Origin: Aulosira sp. ZfuVER01
GTDB lineage: Bacteria > Cyanobacteriota > Cyanobacteriia > Cyanobacteriales > Nostocaceae
DNA: 60,438 bases
Reading direction: 5' to 3'
NCBI GenBank assembly: GCA_034530615.2
Contig: JAVRCV020000027.1
Location: 1 to 60,438 of the forward strand
Shown here: in pieces, positions 40,035 to 50,671 of the stretch
Layout: the number at the start of each line of letters is the position of its first letter
How positions within the stretch are numbered: the stretch's first letter is position 1
Notes under the pieces: model-generated
The model's input: the letters and a program-made list of their open reading frames with translations, nothing else
Told to the model about the DNA's origin: nothing
Database searches by the model: none
Position numbers and translations under genes: made by a program

Positions 40035-40709
40035 TTAAGAGTCGCTAGTCACAAGCGCGATCGCAAAGCCGTCGTAACCTTTGCTACCCACTGTTTGAAT
40101 CTCTGTAGCACTCACACGCGGTTCTGCTGCCAGTAGTTCGTTGAAACGGCGTATCCCCTGCACGCTACGATCGCTACTAGCAGCATCGACCACGGCCCCA
40201 TTACGCACAACATTATCGGCAATAATCAAGCTACCACGACGGGAAAGCTTTAGCGCCCAAGCTAAGTAATCGGGATTGCTTGGCTTGTCGGCATCAATAA
40301 AGATGAGGTCAAATGCAGCGTATACTTCAGTGGCGATCTGTGGCAATGTATCCAACGCCCGACCAAGGCGGATATCTACGAGGTTAGACAGACCAGCGCG
40401 TGCGATGTTACTGCGGGCAATTTCGGCGTGCTTGGGGTTAGCCTCCAGCGAGATCAAGCGACCGTCAGCAGGAAGCGATCGCGCTAGCCAAATCGTGCTG
40501 TAACCGCCTAGTGTCCCAATCTCTAGGATGGTGCGTGCCTTCTGGATCTGCGCTAACAGCAACAGCAGTTTGCCCTGATTGGGCGAAACATTGTGCGGTG
40601 GTAGCCCTGCATCGGCCGCAGTTTGCAGCGCTGTATTTAGAGCGAGGTCTGGCTGGACAAACAAGTCGGTGATATAACGATCGACCGCAGCCCAATGTTC
40701 TTGGGTCAT
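40035..40709 (-). CDS. O-methyltransferase (caffeoyl-CoA OMT/COMT family)
   Basis: ILEIGTLGGYS, FIDADK, ADNVVR; GGAGG RBS before MTQEH. Confidence 0.9.
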   Translation of the reverse strand: MTQEHWAAVDRYITDLFVQPDLALNTALQTAADAGLPPHNVSPNQGKLLLLLAQIQKARTILEIGTLGGYSTIWLARSLPADGRLISLEANPKHAEIARSNIARAGLSNLVDIRLGRALDTLPQIATEVYAAFDLIFIDADKPSNPDYLAWALKLSRRGSLIIADNVVRNGAVVDAASSDRSVQGIRRFNELLAAEPRVSATEIQTVGSKGYDGFAIALVTSDS

Positions 40710-40750
40710 ATTACCTCCTAAACCTCGATAGAGTTTTTTATTCGATACCT

Positions 40751-41039
40751 TTAGTCTTTCAACAAGGGTGAGGTATGTCCCCACTTTCCACTAAAGACAA
40801 TTTCTGTCAACGGCTTGCGGACACGGGGAGCCAGTTCGCGATCGCGTAGTCCGTCAGGGAGATTCTGCGGATCGCCAGGATAGCCAACTGTAACCACAGT
40901 TGCAGGCTCATACTCCTCTGGAATTGGGTATATTTCCCTGGCGGTGTCTGCATTAAATCTCGGCAAAAGCTCTAGGGCTCCAACGACTCCGAATGAAATC
41001 ATGAACAGGGTATTGCGTTTGAGCAAGTTTCTGCGTCAT
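40751..41039 (-). pseudogene. Nitroreductase with internal deletion
   Basis: [25 protein letters not shown] joined out of frame to [10 protein letters not shown]...VGYPGD...RVRKPL. Confidence 0.8.
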
Positions 41040-41183
41040 GTTAATGAATTTCCTTGTTGATACTCTATTTAGATTTGCAGTAATAACCTGTCTATGCCTG
41101 CCTCACTGATTAATAATTAATTGTGGTTGTTCAGTGACTTGTAGCAGTTTAAAAAACCTTTTTTTGGAGAAGAAATTTTATAC

Positions 41184-41209
41184 TCCTTTAAATTGATAGA
41201 ATAACAGTA
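41184..41209. promoter_or_regulatory. 26-bp operator
   Basis: Reverse complement TACTGTTATTCTATCAATTTAAAGGA, upstream of nitroreductase-OMT-monooxygenase. Confidence 0.65.
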
Positions 41210-41574
41210 GTATTAGCAATACTACTGCATCGATAACAGGATAATCAAGCATCAGCCACTAAAAAATTAAGAAAGCTACGAAATATTGACATAAATTGCA
41301 AAAACAAAATATTTATTTTGGGATGTTGATAATACACTCGGTTATCGCGAAGGAACGTAGAGCGTAACTTGACATTATGTATTAGAAACTACAAGTTTTG
41401 GACTGGGCAAAATAGATAAAATCGCCCATAAACTACCCAGTTAGACTTATAAACTAATGACCAACAAGCAAATAAATCAAGTAGTCCGAAATAATGCTGT
41501 ATGGTGCGATACAATTTGCCAAATCCACGGCAAACCAGGTAAATTCACGGACATAATATGGGTCAATAAACATA

Positions 41575-41716
41575 AAAAACTCTACCCACAAGGGGATGGA
41601 GTTTTTGGGCATGGGGCATTGGTAGATTCTTCCCCATGCCCCATCCCTCAAGTCGGCGGAGCGCTCACCTTACCCACCCACAAGGGGGATGGAGTTTCCC
41701 GTCGACTTTCAATGAA
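41575..41716. mobile_element. Possible IS200/IS605-derived remnant with internal direct repeat
   Basis: ACCCACAAGGGG(G)ATGGAGTTT twice (41584, 41676) around a STRR tract; resembles ends of cyanobacterial IS605-type miniature elements (from recollection). Confidence 0.35.
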
Positions 41717-41884
41717 ACCGGACAGGAAATTACCAAATTGCAGACTTTGAATTTTGAGCCACTGGGTTCCCTGAGAATCTGGGTAAGAGGAATTTAAGGG
41801 GTTTTGTTGTTCAAAGGATTTATTTTCTGTATTAGCAATAGCATTTAATTCGCTACTTTTATGCTATGTATTTACATAGGAAAT

Positions 41885-41910
41885 GCATAAAAATCGATGA
41901 ACTTGTCGTA
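41885..41910. promoter_or_regulatory. 26-bp operator, one deviant arm
   Basis: Reverse complement TACGACAAGTTCATCGATTTTTATGC, upstream of the APC permease. Confidence 0.5.
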
Positions 41911-42261
41911 GTATTTAAATATTAAAACTAGGCTATAAATAAATACAGTTTAAAAAAGAGAAAAAAGTATTTTTGGTTACAACTAATCAAATCAAAGTGC
42001 TATAAAGCACTTTGATAAAATTTTCACATATCTGAGATTTTTCGAGCTTGCCTGAGATGAAATAAATAACAGGTAAAGTATTCATGTATAAAATGTAAAT
42101 TTCATTAATGTTAATTATTAATTTAAAAACAAAAAATATTTGCATTTAGGTCTTTAGAGAGATATGTTTAAGTACAAGTAGTAATAGCGATCGCTGGCTA
42201 AAAAAGGCCAAGAGTAAAAGTCGAGTAAATAGCATACTCGGCATACCAGGAGTGTTTATCG

Positions 42262-43740
42262 ATGTCCAGTGAATTCAAGATAAATGCAAACCACGAAAAA
42301 GTTTTACAACAAAGTTTTCATGGCTTAAAATCACACTGTCTTTCTTTTGGCGAAGTTTTAGCACAATCTTTTGCCGTAATCGCACCAACAACCATCCCTG
42401 CATCTAATGTTGGTTTAATTGTCGCCCTTTCGGGTAACGGTGCTTGGCTAAGTATGGTTATAGGCTTAGTAGGACTGGTATTTGTTAGCATCAATATCAA
42501 TCAATTTGCTAGCCGTTCTGCTTCACCTGGTTCTCTTTATTCCTACATCGTCAAAGGTCTGGGTCCAACAGCAGGTGTGATCTGTGGTTGGAGTTTGGTT
42601 TTGGCTTATCTATTCACTGCAATGTCGGTGTTGTGCGGTTTTGCCAACTTCAGCAGCGTATTGATTGGTCATTTAGGAATTCACCCCTCTAGCATTACCC
42701 TACTAGCGGTAGGTGCAGGAATCGCCTGGTATACAGGTTATAAAGATATTCAACTCTCAGCCGTCACCATGCTATGGATGGAGGGTATTTCCATCACATT
42801 GATCGGAATCTTATGTGCGATCATTTGGGCACACCACGGTTTTGCATTAGATATACCCCAGCTAACTTTGAGTGGTGTTCAACCAGGTAGTCTAGCAACA
42901 GGACTTGTACTGGTAATGTTTGCCTTCTCAGGATTTGAAAGTGCAACCACCTTGGGTGATGAGGCAAAAAACCCATTGAAAACTATTCCTCGGTCAGTTT
43001 TAGGAAGTGTGATCCTCGCAGGTTTATTCTATATCTGCACTACATATATTGAAGTGCTAGCGTTTCGCTACTCAGGAGTAGACATTACCCACACTGAAGA
43101 ACCGCTAGGTTATCTCTCGCAACAAATAGGTTTAGGCTGGCTGGGTGAATTAGTTGGCTTAGGTGCGTTGGCTAGCTTCTTTGCTTGCGTCCTGGGTAGC
43201 ATTAATCCCGCCGCGAGGATATTCTTTTTGATGGCGCGTCATGGATTGTTTCATGCCAAGTTGGGCAATACACACACATCGAATAAAACGCCTCATATTG
43301 CAGTCACGATGTGTTCCTTCTTAACATTTTTGATCCCAGCGGTGATGGCTTTATTTCAAATCAAGCTGTTTGAGAGTATGGGTTATCTAGGTGCGATCGC
43401 CAGCTTCGGATTTGTCACAGTTTACATTTTAATTTCTATTGCCGCACCAATTTACCTCTACAAAATTAACAGCCTGCATCGCAGAGATATTATATTCTCT
43501 CTTATAGCAATAGGATTTATGTTTATTCCATTGTTAGGCAGCGTGGGAATTCCTGGTAGTAAAATGTTTCCAGTCCCAGAAGCTCCTTATAATCTCTTTC
43601 CTTACCTCTTTTTAATCTACATTGCTACTGCTTGCGGATGGTTTATTTTTCAAAGGCTTCGCTCTCCAAAAATTGTTAAGACAATGGTCAAAGCCATCGA
43701 TGCAATTCACATCAGATTTGACCGTGAGCGCCATAAATAG
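42262..43740 (+). CDS. APC-family amino acid/amine permease
   Basis: SPGSLYSY, FAFSGFESATTLGDEAKNP, about 12 TM segments. Confidence 0.9.
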   Translation: MSSEFKINANHEKVLQQSFHGLKSHCLSFGEVLAQSFAVIAPTTIPASNVGLIVALSGNGAWLSMVIGLVGLVFVSININQFASRSASPGSLYSYIVKGLGPTAGVICGWSLVLAYLFTAMSVLCGFANFSSVLIGHLGIHPSSITLLAVGAGIAWYTGYKDIQLSAVTMLWMEGISITLIGILCAIIWAHHGFALDIPQLTLSGVQPGSLATGLVLVMFAFSGFESATTLGDEAKNPLKTIPRSVLGSVILAGLFYICTTYIEVLAFRYSGVDITHTEEPLGYLSQQIGLGWLGELVGLGALASFFACVLGSINPAARIFFLMARHGLFHAKLGNTHTSNKTPHIAVTMCSFLTFLIPAVMALFQIKLFESMGYLGAIASFGFVTVYILISIAAPIYLYKINSLHRRDIIFSLIAIGFMFIPLLGSVGIPGSKMFPVPEAPYNLFPYLFLIYIATACGWFIFQRLRSPKIVKTMVKAIDAIHIRFDRERHK

Positions 43741-43838
43741 TTAATTATTACTTGCCCGTACTTATTCGTCATTTTTCAAAGTTAAGTAACAAACAATGAA
43801 CGATGACAAATGACAAAACCAATATCTAAAACTGTGTA

Positions 43839-44540
43839 ATGGAAGAATTAATTACCGCAATCCCTACAGGGATAACAGCTTTTACAGCAACTAATCTTGA
43901 TGATTTAGTAATTTTGTCGCTTTGGTTTTCACAAGTAAATAACAATTTTCGTTCGCGGCATATTGTTATTGGTCAGTTCCTCGGATTTAGTATTTTAGTA
44001 ATTACCAGCCTTACTGGTTTTTTAGGTGGTTTAATCTTACCAAAACACTTGATTGGGCTACTTGGATTAGTTCCCATAGCAATTGGTCTTAGTAGTTGGC
44101 TCAATCAAGAAAGCGGCGATTCAGATGCAGAAGATGAACAATTACAGCACTCTGAAACTTCTCCTTTTGCCAGTTTCCTTTCACCACAAACTTATAGTGT
44201 GGCTGCAATTACTGTCGCCAATGGTAGTGATAATATAAGTATCTATATGCCATTGTTTGCTAATAGCAGTCTTATAAAACTACTAATAATTCTCGTCATC
44301 TTCTTTTTGCTTGTAGGAGTTTGGTGCTATGCCAGCTACAAACTAATTAGCCAAAACAATATTGCTGATATCCTTAATCGTTACGGTAGTAATCTTGTGC
44401 CCTTTGTTTTGGTTGGATTAGGAGTATATATCATTTTGGAAAGTGGCGCGTTGAATCCACTCGCTTTAGTAGCCAGTTGCATCTGCCTCATGGTTATAGT
44501 CAAAAAATATAAACCTAGGGCAGAAGTCGAAGATAACTAA
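43839..44540 (+). CDS. CadD-family (cadmium resistance) transporter
   Basis: FTATNLDDL, IVIGQFLG, ITVANGSDNISIYMPLF. Confidence 0.85.
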   Translation: MEELITAIPTGITAFTATNLDDLVILSLWFSQVNNNFRSRHIVIGQFLGFSILVITSLTGFLGGLILPKHLIGLLGLVPIAIGLSSWLNQESGDSDAEDEQLQHSETSPFASFLSPQTYSVAAITVANGSDNISIYMPLFANSSLIKLLIILVIFFLLVGVWCYASYKLISQNNIADILNRYGSNLVPFVLVGLGVYIILESGALNPLALVASCICLMVIVKKYKPRAEVEDN

Positions 44541-44716
44541 TTTAGGCTAAAAGTAAGGAAAATGGTGATATCTAGACTTGTCAATTTCGTAATTACAGTC
44601 GCCACTAAGTCATCACGAACTTTTTAAATCTTTGCGGTCAAAATTTTTTACTCCTTGTAGAAATTGATTGGGGTATTTTGATTTTGACAACTTTTAAGCC
44701 TTATCAGGAGAAATGC

Positions 44717-45352
44717 ATGAAACTCTTTAAGACTCTTTTATTAGCCTTTACACTCTTAGTGAATTTTTTGATTGTCCAACCTTCTTGGGCTGACCCTCCA
44801 ATACTCACACAAACACCTGACTATGCTGAAGTAACACAAGCCCTCAATGAACTTATACAAGCAAAAGCAGCACCAGCAGAATCAGGATATACACCAGAAC
44901 AAATTGAACAGAAGACAGGCGAACTCAATTTGCAAAAATACATTCTTGAGACAGCTTTAGAATGGGGACAATGTCGTAATCAAACTGGACAAACTTTAGC
45001 AATTTTTTCCCATAAAGCTAAGAAAAATCAACAACCGAGTCTTTACTATTTAGGAAATGGAAAAATTACCGACGATGAATGGAACTGTGATGGTATTTAC
45101 TTACCAGTCGGAGCCAAAATAGCAGGCTTCATTCCTGGTGATACTCAAGGACAAGAATTAACAGAACCCTTAGCGTTGAAATTTGTACCAGGAACTCAGT
45201 TAATTGCTCAAACAAATCCACAAACAGGCGCAATCGAATTAAATGTTCCGCCTGCAAAAATATTCAAAGCAGGTGAAACTACCTGGTCAATTCCCAATTT
45301 ATCCGCAGCGGATATCAGCGCACAATTTCCCAATGCTCCAATAGAAGACTAA
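44717..45352 (+). CDS. Secreted hypothetical protein (paralog A)
   Basis: Signal peptide ending PSWA-DPP; WGQCRNQT and WNCDGIYLP shared with the next gene; AGGAG RBS. Confidence 0.8.
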   Translation: MKLFKTLLLAFTLLVNFLIVQPSWADPPILTQTPDYAEVTQALNELIQAKAAPAESGYTPEQIEQKTGELNLQKYILETALEWGQCRNQTGQTLAIFSHKAKKNQQPSLYYLGNGKITDDEWNCDGIYLPVGAKIAGFIPGDTQGQELTEPLALKFVPGTQLIAQTNPQTGAIELNVPPAKIFKAGETTWSIPNLSAADISAQFPNAPIED

Positions 45353-45426
45353 CGATCGTTAAGACGTAAAATTATCCCCAAATATTTTGCGTCTCCGCAT
45401 GAATATTTCTTTTCAAAAGGAAAACT

Positions 45427-46095
45427 ATGAAGTTATTTAACTACCTTTTGCTGGTCTTAATTATTGTGCTGAATTTTATGTTTGCTAAACCTTCCTTAGC
45501 AGATCCACCAAAAATCACCAAAAGTCCTGATTATGTAGAGGTAACAAAATCGCTCAATATTCTTCAAGAGCAATTAGAAGCGGCAAAATCTGGAGAAGCA
45601 AAATCAGAAACTTTCTCACCTGAAGACCTCCAGAAAAAAATCGATGAATTGTCGTTTCAAAAATATGCTTTAGAAAGAGGCATCAACTGGGGTCAATGTC
45701 GTAATGAAACAGACAAAACAATTGCTGTTTACGGCCCCAAACCCAAAAAACCGAAAACGCCCTACGATAATACACTCTACTTTTTAGGCGCTGGTCAAGC
45801 AACACCAGCAAATTGGGATTGTCAGGGTATTTATTTACCAAACGACACCAAACTTACTAGTTTAAACACTGACCCCAACCAACAATTAGAAGGTGCTGTA
45901 GCTATCAAAATATTCAAAGGAACGCAATTGATAGCTAAGACAAATTCAGAAACAGGTGCATTAGAGTTAAATATTTCCCCCAGTAAATTTTTAAAGGCTG
46001 GTGATATTAACTGGTATATTCCGAATGTATCCGAGAGGAATATTGCTTTTAGAGTTCCTGATGTTCTTTTAGGTAGCGAAGAAGAAGCAGATTAA
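45427..46095 (+). CDS. Secreted hypothetical protein (paralog B)
   Basis: Signal peptide ending PSLA-DPP; WGQCRNET and WDCQGIYLP. Confidence 0.8.
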   Translation: MKLFNYLLLVLIIVLNFMFAKPSLADPPKITKSPDYVEVTKSLNILQEQLEAAKSGEAKSETFSPEDLQKKIDELSFQKYALERGINWGQCRNETDKTIAVYGPKPKKPKTPYDNTLYFLGAGQATPANWDCQGIYLPNDTKLTSLNTDPNQQLEGAVAIKIFKGTQLIAKTNSETGALELNISPSKFLKAGDINWYIPNVSERNIAFRVPDVLLGSEEEAD

Positions 46096-46169
46096 AACAT
46101 CAGATACAAAATGTAGAGGCGTTACGAGTAACGTCTCTACAGATAGGATATTTTTAAGAGGTCTAACCT

Positions 46170-47003
46170 GTGAATATTCTGGAATTCTCTTTATTAGTTT
46201 GGGTAGGTTCATTTACCGCTGGTTTAATAGGTGCATTAACTGGTTTAGGTGGTGGAGTGGTCATTGTTCCCCTATTAACTTCGGTATTTGCTGTTGATAT
46301 CCGTTATGCTGTTGGTGCTTCTTTAGTATCTGTAATTGCTACTTCTTTAGGGGCTGCATCTACATACATTAAACAAGGTTACACCAATTTAAGATTGGGA
46401 ATGTTTTTAGAAGTAGCAACAACAATAGGAGCTATACTTGGAGCTATAATTGCTACTAAAGTTTCCGTGAAAGCTCTAACAATTTTTCTAGCAATTATCC
46501 TACTTTATTCTGCCTATCTCTCGCAACAACCCAAACGCCAAGAACCAGAAAATGAAACAGAAGATGCCTTAGCAAATTATTTAGACCTCAATAGTTCTTA
46601 CCCAACACCAAATGGATTTATGCCTTATCAAGTTCATGCTGTTCCCGGTGGGTTTGCTGTCATGTTTGTATCGGGAATAATTTCCGGATTACTTGGTATT
46701 GGTTCGGGTGCATTTAAGGTTTTGGCAATGGACAACGTGATGCGTATTCCATTTAAGGTATCTACAACCACCAGTAATTTTATGATTAGTGTGACAGCAG
46801 CAGCTTCGGCAGGAGTTTATTTAGCTCGTGGTTATATTGATCCTGGGCTGTCAATGCCTGTAATGCTGGGAGTGTTACCTGGTGCTTTTTTGGGTGCAAG
46901 AATTCTTGTAGGTGCTAAAACCCAAGTTTTAAGAATTATCTTCAGTTTTGTATTAATAGCAATGGCGCTGAAGATGGTCTACAACAGTCTGATTGGGGTA
47001 TAA
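46170..47003 (+). CDS. TauE/SafE (TSUP) sulfite exporter family
   Basis: GALTGLGGGVVIVP, SGLLGIGSG, STTTSNFMI. Confidence 0.9.
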   Translation: MNILEFSLLVWVGSFTAGLIGALTGLGGGVVIVPLLTSVFAVDIRYAVGASLVSVIATSLGAASTYIKQGYTNLRLGMFLEVATTIGAILGAIIATKVSVKALTIFLAIILLYSAYLSQQPKRQEPENETEDALANYLDLNSSYPTPNGFMPYQVHAVPGGFAVMFVSGIISGLLGIGSGAFKVLAMDNVMRIPFKVSTTTSNFMISVTAAASAGVYLARGYIDPGLSMPVMLGVLPGAFLGARILVGAKTQVLRIIFSFVLIAMALKMVYNSLIGV

Positions 47004-47006
47004 TCA

Positions 47007-47546
47007 ATGGTTTCTTTTGATTTATTTCGACGTTCAATTCCTTTAACTCTATCTAAAAGCGAAGTTATTGTAGAACCTTTACAGCCAGAAGAAGCAGATA
47101 GCGATATTGCAGCTTTAAAACAGCTTGCTAAAAATGCTGATATTACCCTTAATTCAAACAAAAGTTTTACTAAAAACGAAAGCGAACAAAAATTTTATAA
47201 TTTCCTGAGTAACTTGCTAAAATTTGGTGTTTTAATTGCTAGTTCTGTAGTCTTATTTGGCGGCATAATTTACTTAGTGCATCATGGATATGAACCCGCC
47301 AGATATCAATTTTTCCGAGGAGAACCATCTCAGTTTTGCTCTCCAGATGGTGTGGTAAAAGCGGTGTTGTCCGGCAGTGACAGAGCAATTATTCAACTAG
47401 GAATATTACTCCTCATTGCTACTCCCATTATACGTGTAATAATTTCCTTTTTTGCTTTCCTGACACTGCGAATATGGAGCTTTGTCCTCATTACACTGTT
47501 AGTTCTTACTAGTTTGATTTATAGCCTTATAGGTGGTTATTACTAA
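47007..47546 (+). CDS. DUF1634 membrane protein
   Basis: IIQLGILLLIATPIIRV; usual partner downstream of TSUP genes. Confidence 0.75.
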   Translation: MVSFDLFRRSIPLTLSKSEVIVEPLQPEEADSDIAALKQLAKNADITLNSNKSFTKNESEQKFYNFLSNLLKFGVLIASSVVLFGGIIYLVHHGYEPARYQFFRGEPSQFCSPDGVVKAVLSGSDRAIIQLGILLLIATPIIRVIISFFAFLTLRIWSFVLITLLVLTSLIYSLIGGYY

Positions 47547-47687
47547 GCTGATAATTTTATTAAGTAGCTCAACCTTATTAAACGTGAAATATTATTACGC
47601 TTATCTGAGTTGTGAAAATATTATTTTACCGAACCGCCAAGTACGCCAAGGATAAAAGAAAAAATTTAGAGTTGGTAAATTTCACAG

Positions 47688-48090
47688 TTAAACTACAGGC
47701 TGTAAGTGGCGGACGCGAGGCATAACTTCTTCGGCAAAGCGGGTCATTTCTCGTGCAAAGGGATTGAATTGCAACATAAATGTATTGATACCTGCATCGA
47801 CAAAAGCAGCTATTCTGGTGGCAACTGTGTCGTAGCTGCCAACCAAGCCTGCGGCTGTAGCACCATTGCCAGAGTTTGAACATAACTGCGTCTGGGTCAA
47901 CACCTTTAGCAACACTTAATTTCAAGTGTTCTTCCCTTTTCTGAAGTTCCGTGAGTCGCTGTAGTTCTGCTTGCGCTTCCGCATCGGTAGGTCGAACAAC
48001 GACAAAGGCTGATAGGCCAAAACGTACTGGTTGGGGTAGCGATCGCGGTCGGCTCAAAACTTGCTTAATCACCTGACGCAGGCTTTCCAT
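47688..48090 (-). pseudogene. C-terminal fragment of LLM monooxygenase (SsuD/SfnG-like), frameshifted
   Basis: RFGLSAFVVVRPTDAEA...; NGATAAGLVGSYDTVATRI...FMLQF...FAEEVMP. Confidence 0.75.
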
Positions 48091-48154
48091 ATATTTTATA
48101 AGCGAGAATGGTGAGCCAGCACTGGGGGAAGCGCTACGTTGGATTATTATATAA

Positions 48155-48180
48155 TACGGTAAATCTATCAAGATACTGTA
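48155..48180. promoter_or_regulatory. 26-bp palindromic operator overlapping TATAAT
   Basis: ATAA-TACGGTAAATCTATCAAGATACTGTA-TTAT; TATAAT at 48150-48155. Confidence 0.8.
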
Positions 48181-48287
48181 TTATAAATTGAGTAGCGATC
48201 GCTTCCCTTGATGGCTTGCACTTGATGGCAACACCAAGGAAGTACACGAGCGCGAACACCCCCCAGGCAAAACTCTGGAAAATTTAT

Positions 48288-49250
48288 ATGAGCAACAAGC
48301 ACATTGAAGTTCAACAGGTAGCTGGTTTCATCGGTGCCGAAATCAGTGGCGTAGACCTTTCCCGTCCTCTGCACGATGAAGCAGTTGCCGAAATTCGTCA
48401 AGCACTGTTGAAGTGGAAAGTTATTTTCTTTCGCGGTCAGAACATCGATCATGCTGCACAGATTGCCTTCACATCTCGTTTTGGCGAAGTGACTTATGCC
48501 CATCCCCACGAGGATGAACCAATCGAAGGCTTTTCAGAAATACTGCCGATTGACCGCAGCCGCTACGAACGGAAGAATGGTCTCCGTCGTTCCAGCTACG
48601 AGAGCCGTTGGCACACTGATGTAACAGCAGTTGTTAACCCACCGGCGGGATCTATTTTGCGCGCAGTTAACGTCCCTAGTTTTGGTGGCGATACACAGTG
48701 GACTAATCTGGTCGCAGCTTACGAGGGTCTATCAGCACCTCTGCGGGCGCTAGCAGACACATTGAAGGCAGAACATCGCTTCAATGCTCGGTTGCGTTTA
48801 CCCAGCAACAGCAAGCTTGTTGAGCGCATTGCAGCCAATCCCCAGGTGTCTATTCACCCAGTGGTGCGGGTTCATCCAGAGACAGGCGAACGTGCATTGT
48901 TCGTGAATCCTGGTTTCACCTCCCACATTCTTGATGTGTCACCACAAGAAAGCGACTTACTACTAGAGTTGTTCTTCAATCAAATCACCAAGCCCGCCTA
49001 TACTACCCGTTTCCGCTGGAACAACGGTGACATTGCATTCTGGGATAACCGCGCCACCGCACATTTAGCTCCGCAGGATCTAGAGCATATAGAAGTCGAG
49101 CGCGTACTCTATCGCACCACCATTACTGGTGATGTTCCAGTCGGCCCCGATGGTTTCCGATCGCAAGTAGTTGAAGGTGAACCTTTAACTAGTGAATTAC
49201 CAACTGTCTTGAAGAAGAAAGCCGAGCAGCGAGAACCCGTGCTTTCATAA
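48288..49250 (+). CDS. TauD/AtsK-family dioxygenase
   Basis: WHTD, GGDTQW, HPVVRVHPETG, WDNRATAH. Confidence 0.9.
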   Translation: MSNKHIEVQQVAGFIGAEISGVDLSRPLHDEAVAEIRQALLKWKVIFFRGQNIDHAAQIAFTSRFGEVTYAHPHEDEPIEGFSEILPIDRSRYERKNGLRRSSYESRWHTDVTAVVNPPAGSILRAVNVPSFGGDTQWTNLVAAYEGLSAPLRALADTLKAEHRFNARLRLPSNSKLVERIAANPQVSIHPVVRVHPETGERALFVNPGFTSHILDVSPQESDLLLELFFNQITKPAYTTRFRWNNGDIAFWDNRATAHLAPQDLEHIEVERVLYRTTITGDVPVGPDGFRSQVVEGEPLTSELPTVLKKKAEQREPVLS

Positions 49251-49262
49251 GCCATTTAGTTT

Positions 49263-49299
49263 TCAACTAGGCTGTGAAATATATCAGCAGCCTAGTTGA
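49263..49299. terminator. Intergenic 12-bp inverted repeat
   Basis: TCAACTAGGCTG...CAGCCTAGTTGA. Confidence 0.45.
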
Positions 49300-49337
49300 T
49301 CTGATAGCAAGAGCAAATGACAAATGACTAATGACCA

Positions 49338-50291
49338 ATGACAAAACTAATTTTACCTATAGAGCTTGCTACCGAGATTGAGCCACACCTACCATCGGAT
49401 ACAAAATTTGTGCGGGTAGATAGTGATGGTAATTTTGATGGTGATGCTAGTGATGCAGAAGTTTATCTGAATGGGTTCAAATTGAAGCCAACGACTTTAC
49501 ATAAGGTGTTGGCTACTGCTCCTAGAATACGTTGGCAACAAACTCCTAGTGCTGGTGTGAATCATATCCTTACACCGATTTTTCTCGAACACGATATTAT
49601 CCTCACCAATGGGGCGGGGGTTCATGCGATTCCCATTTCGGAATTTGTCTTAAGTTTGATCCTTTATCACGCTAAGCAGTTACGACAATTGCAAGCTGCT
49701 CACGATCAACGCAGTTGGCGAAAAAGCTGGTTGGTACTGCCAGAGTTAGCAAATTCAACTGTATTAATTCTCGGTACTGGCAATATAGGACAGGCGATCG
49801 CATCTCGGATAAAAGTATTTGGAGCGCGTGTTTGGGGTGGTCGCCGTCGTCCTGAACCTCTACCCAATTTTGATAAAATCGTCGGTGCAGATGAATGGCA
49901 CGCATTATTACCAGAAGTTGACTATCTAATTGTAGCCACACCTCTGACACCAGAAACCAAAGCCTTAATTGATGAAACAGTACTGCGATTGCTACCTAGC
50001 CATGCTTATTTAATTAATGTCGGTCGCGGTGCGGTTGTAGATGAATCAGCATTAACTAAGGCTCTTACTGAAGGCTGGATTGCAGGTGCCGGATTAGACA
50101 CAGTTTCTATAGAACCCCTACCGCCAGAAAGCCTTTTGTGGTCGTTACCTAATCTATTTATTACACCACATACTTCCGCAATTTCTCCAGCATTGAAAGG
50201 ACGCATAGCCAATTTGTTTCTGGATAATTTAGAGCGCTACCGAATCGGTAAGCCGCTACGGAATGTAGTCAACAAACAAGCAGGATACTAA
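49338..50291 (+). CDS. D-2-hydroxyacid dehydrogenase family
   Basis: LGTGNIG, PLTPET, NVGRG, EPLP, TPH. Confidence 0.9.
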   Translation: MTKLILPIELATEIEPHLPSDTKFVRVDSDGNFDGDASDAEVYLNGFKLKPTTLHKVLATAPRIRWQQTPSAGVNHILTPIFLEHDIILTNGAGVHAIPISEFVLSLILYHAKQLRQLQAAHDQRSWRKSWLVLPELANSTVLILGTGNIGQAIASRIKVFGARVWGGRRRPEPLPNFDKIVGADEWHALLPEVDYLIVATPLTPETKALIDETVLRLLPSHAYLINVGRGAVVDESALTKALTEGWIAGAGLDTVSIEPLPPESLLWSLPNLFITPHTSAISPALKGRIANLFLDNLERYRIGKPLRNVVNKQAGY

Positions 50292-50671
50292 ACAAATTTA
50301 TCTTGATAACTAACTATGGCAAAGTTAGGCAAATTTTTTCTAGCTACTGCTACCTCTAGCTGCTTTGATGCAACAATTTCGAGGGCCTTTACTAAATCTT
50401 AAGGAGCGATCGCCGAGCAGAAATTAATTTGCAAGATTTAATATTTGATAGTCTAATAATTAGGTTATCATATTAACTGAAATCATATGTTTATCAATAC
50501 TGTTTGAACTTGCTGCCGACTTACTCAACTTGCCAATAGAAACGAAAAAGTCAAATAATACTTCGGCAAGCTCAGTGACCACATGAATTCAACCCCCCAG
50601 ATTCATCTTTGGGGTGATTAATTTATGAATTCCCCAAAGAGGGTGCAACTACCAATAAGGAGGAAAAGGAA

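Noticed and set aside
48211..48225. Mini-ORF MACT upstream of tauD as a Cys sensor
   Set aside because: Too short to distinguish from chance and no RBS.
50290..50500. Operator upstream of the AsfA-like gene
   Set aside because: Only a partial ATCAAGATA match without TAC/GTA arms.
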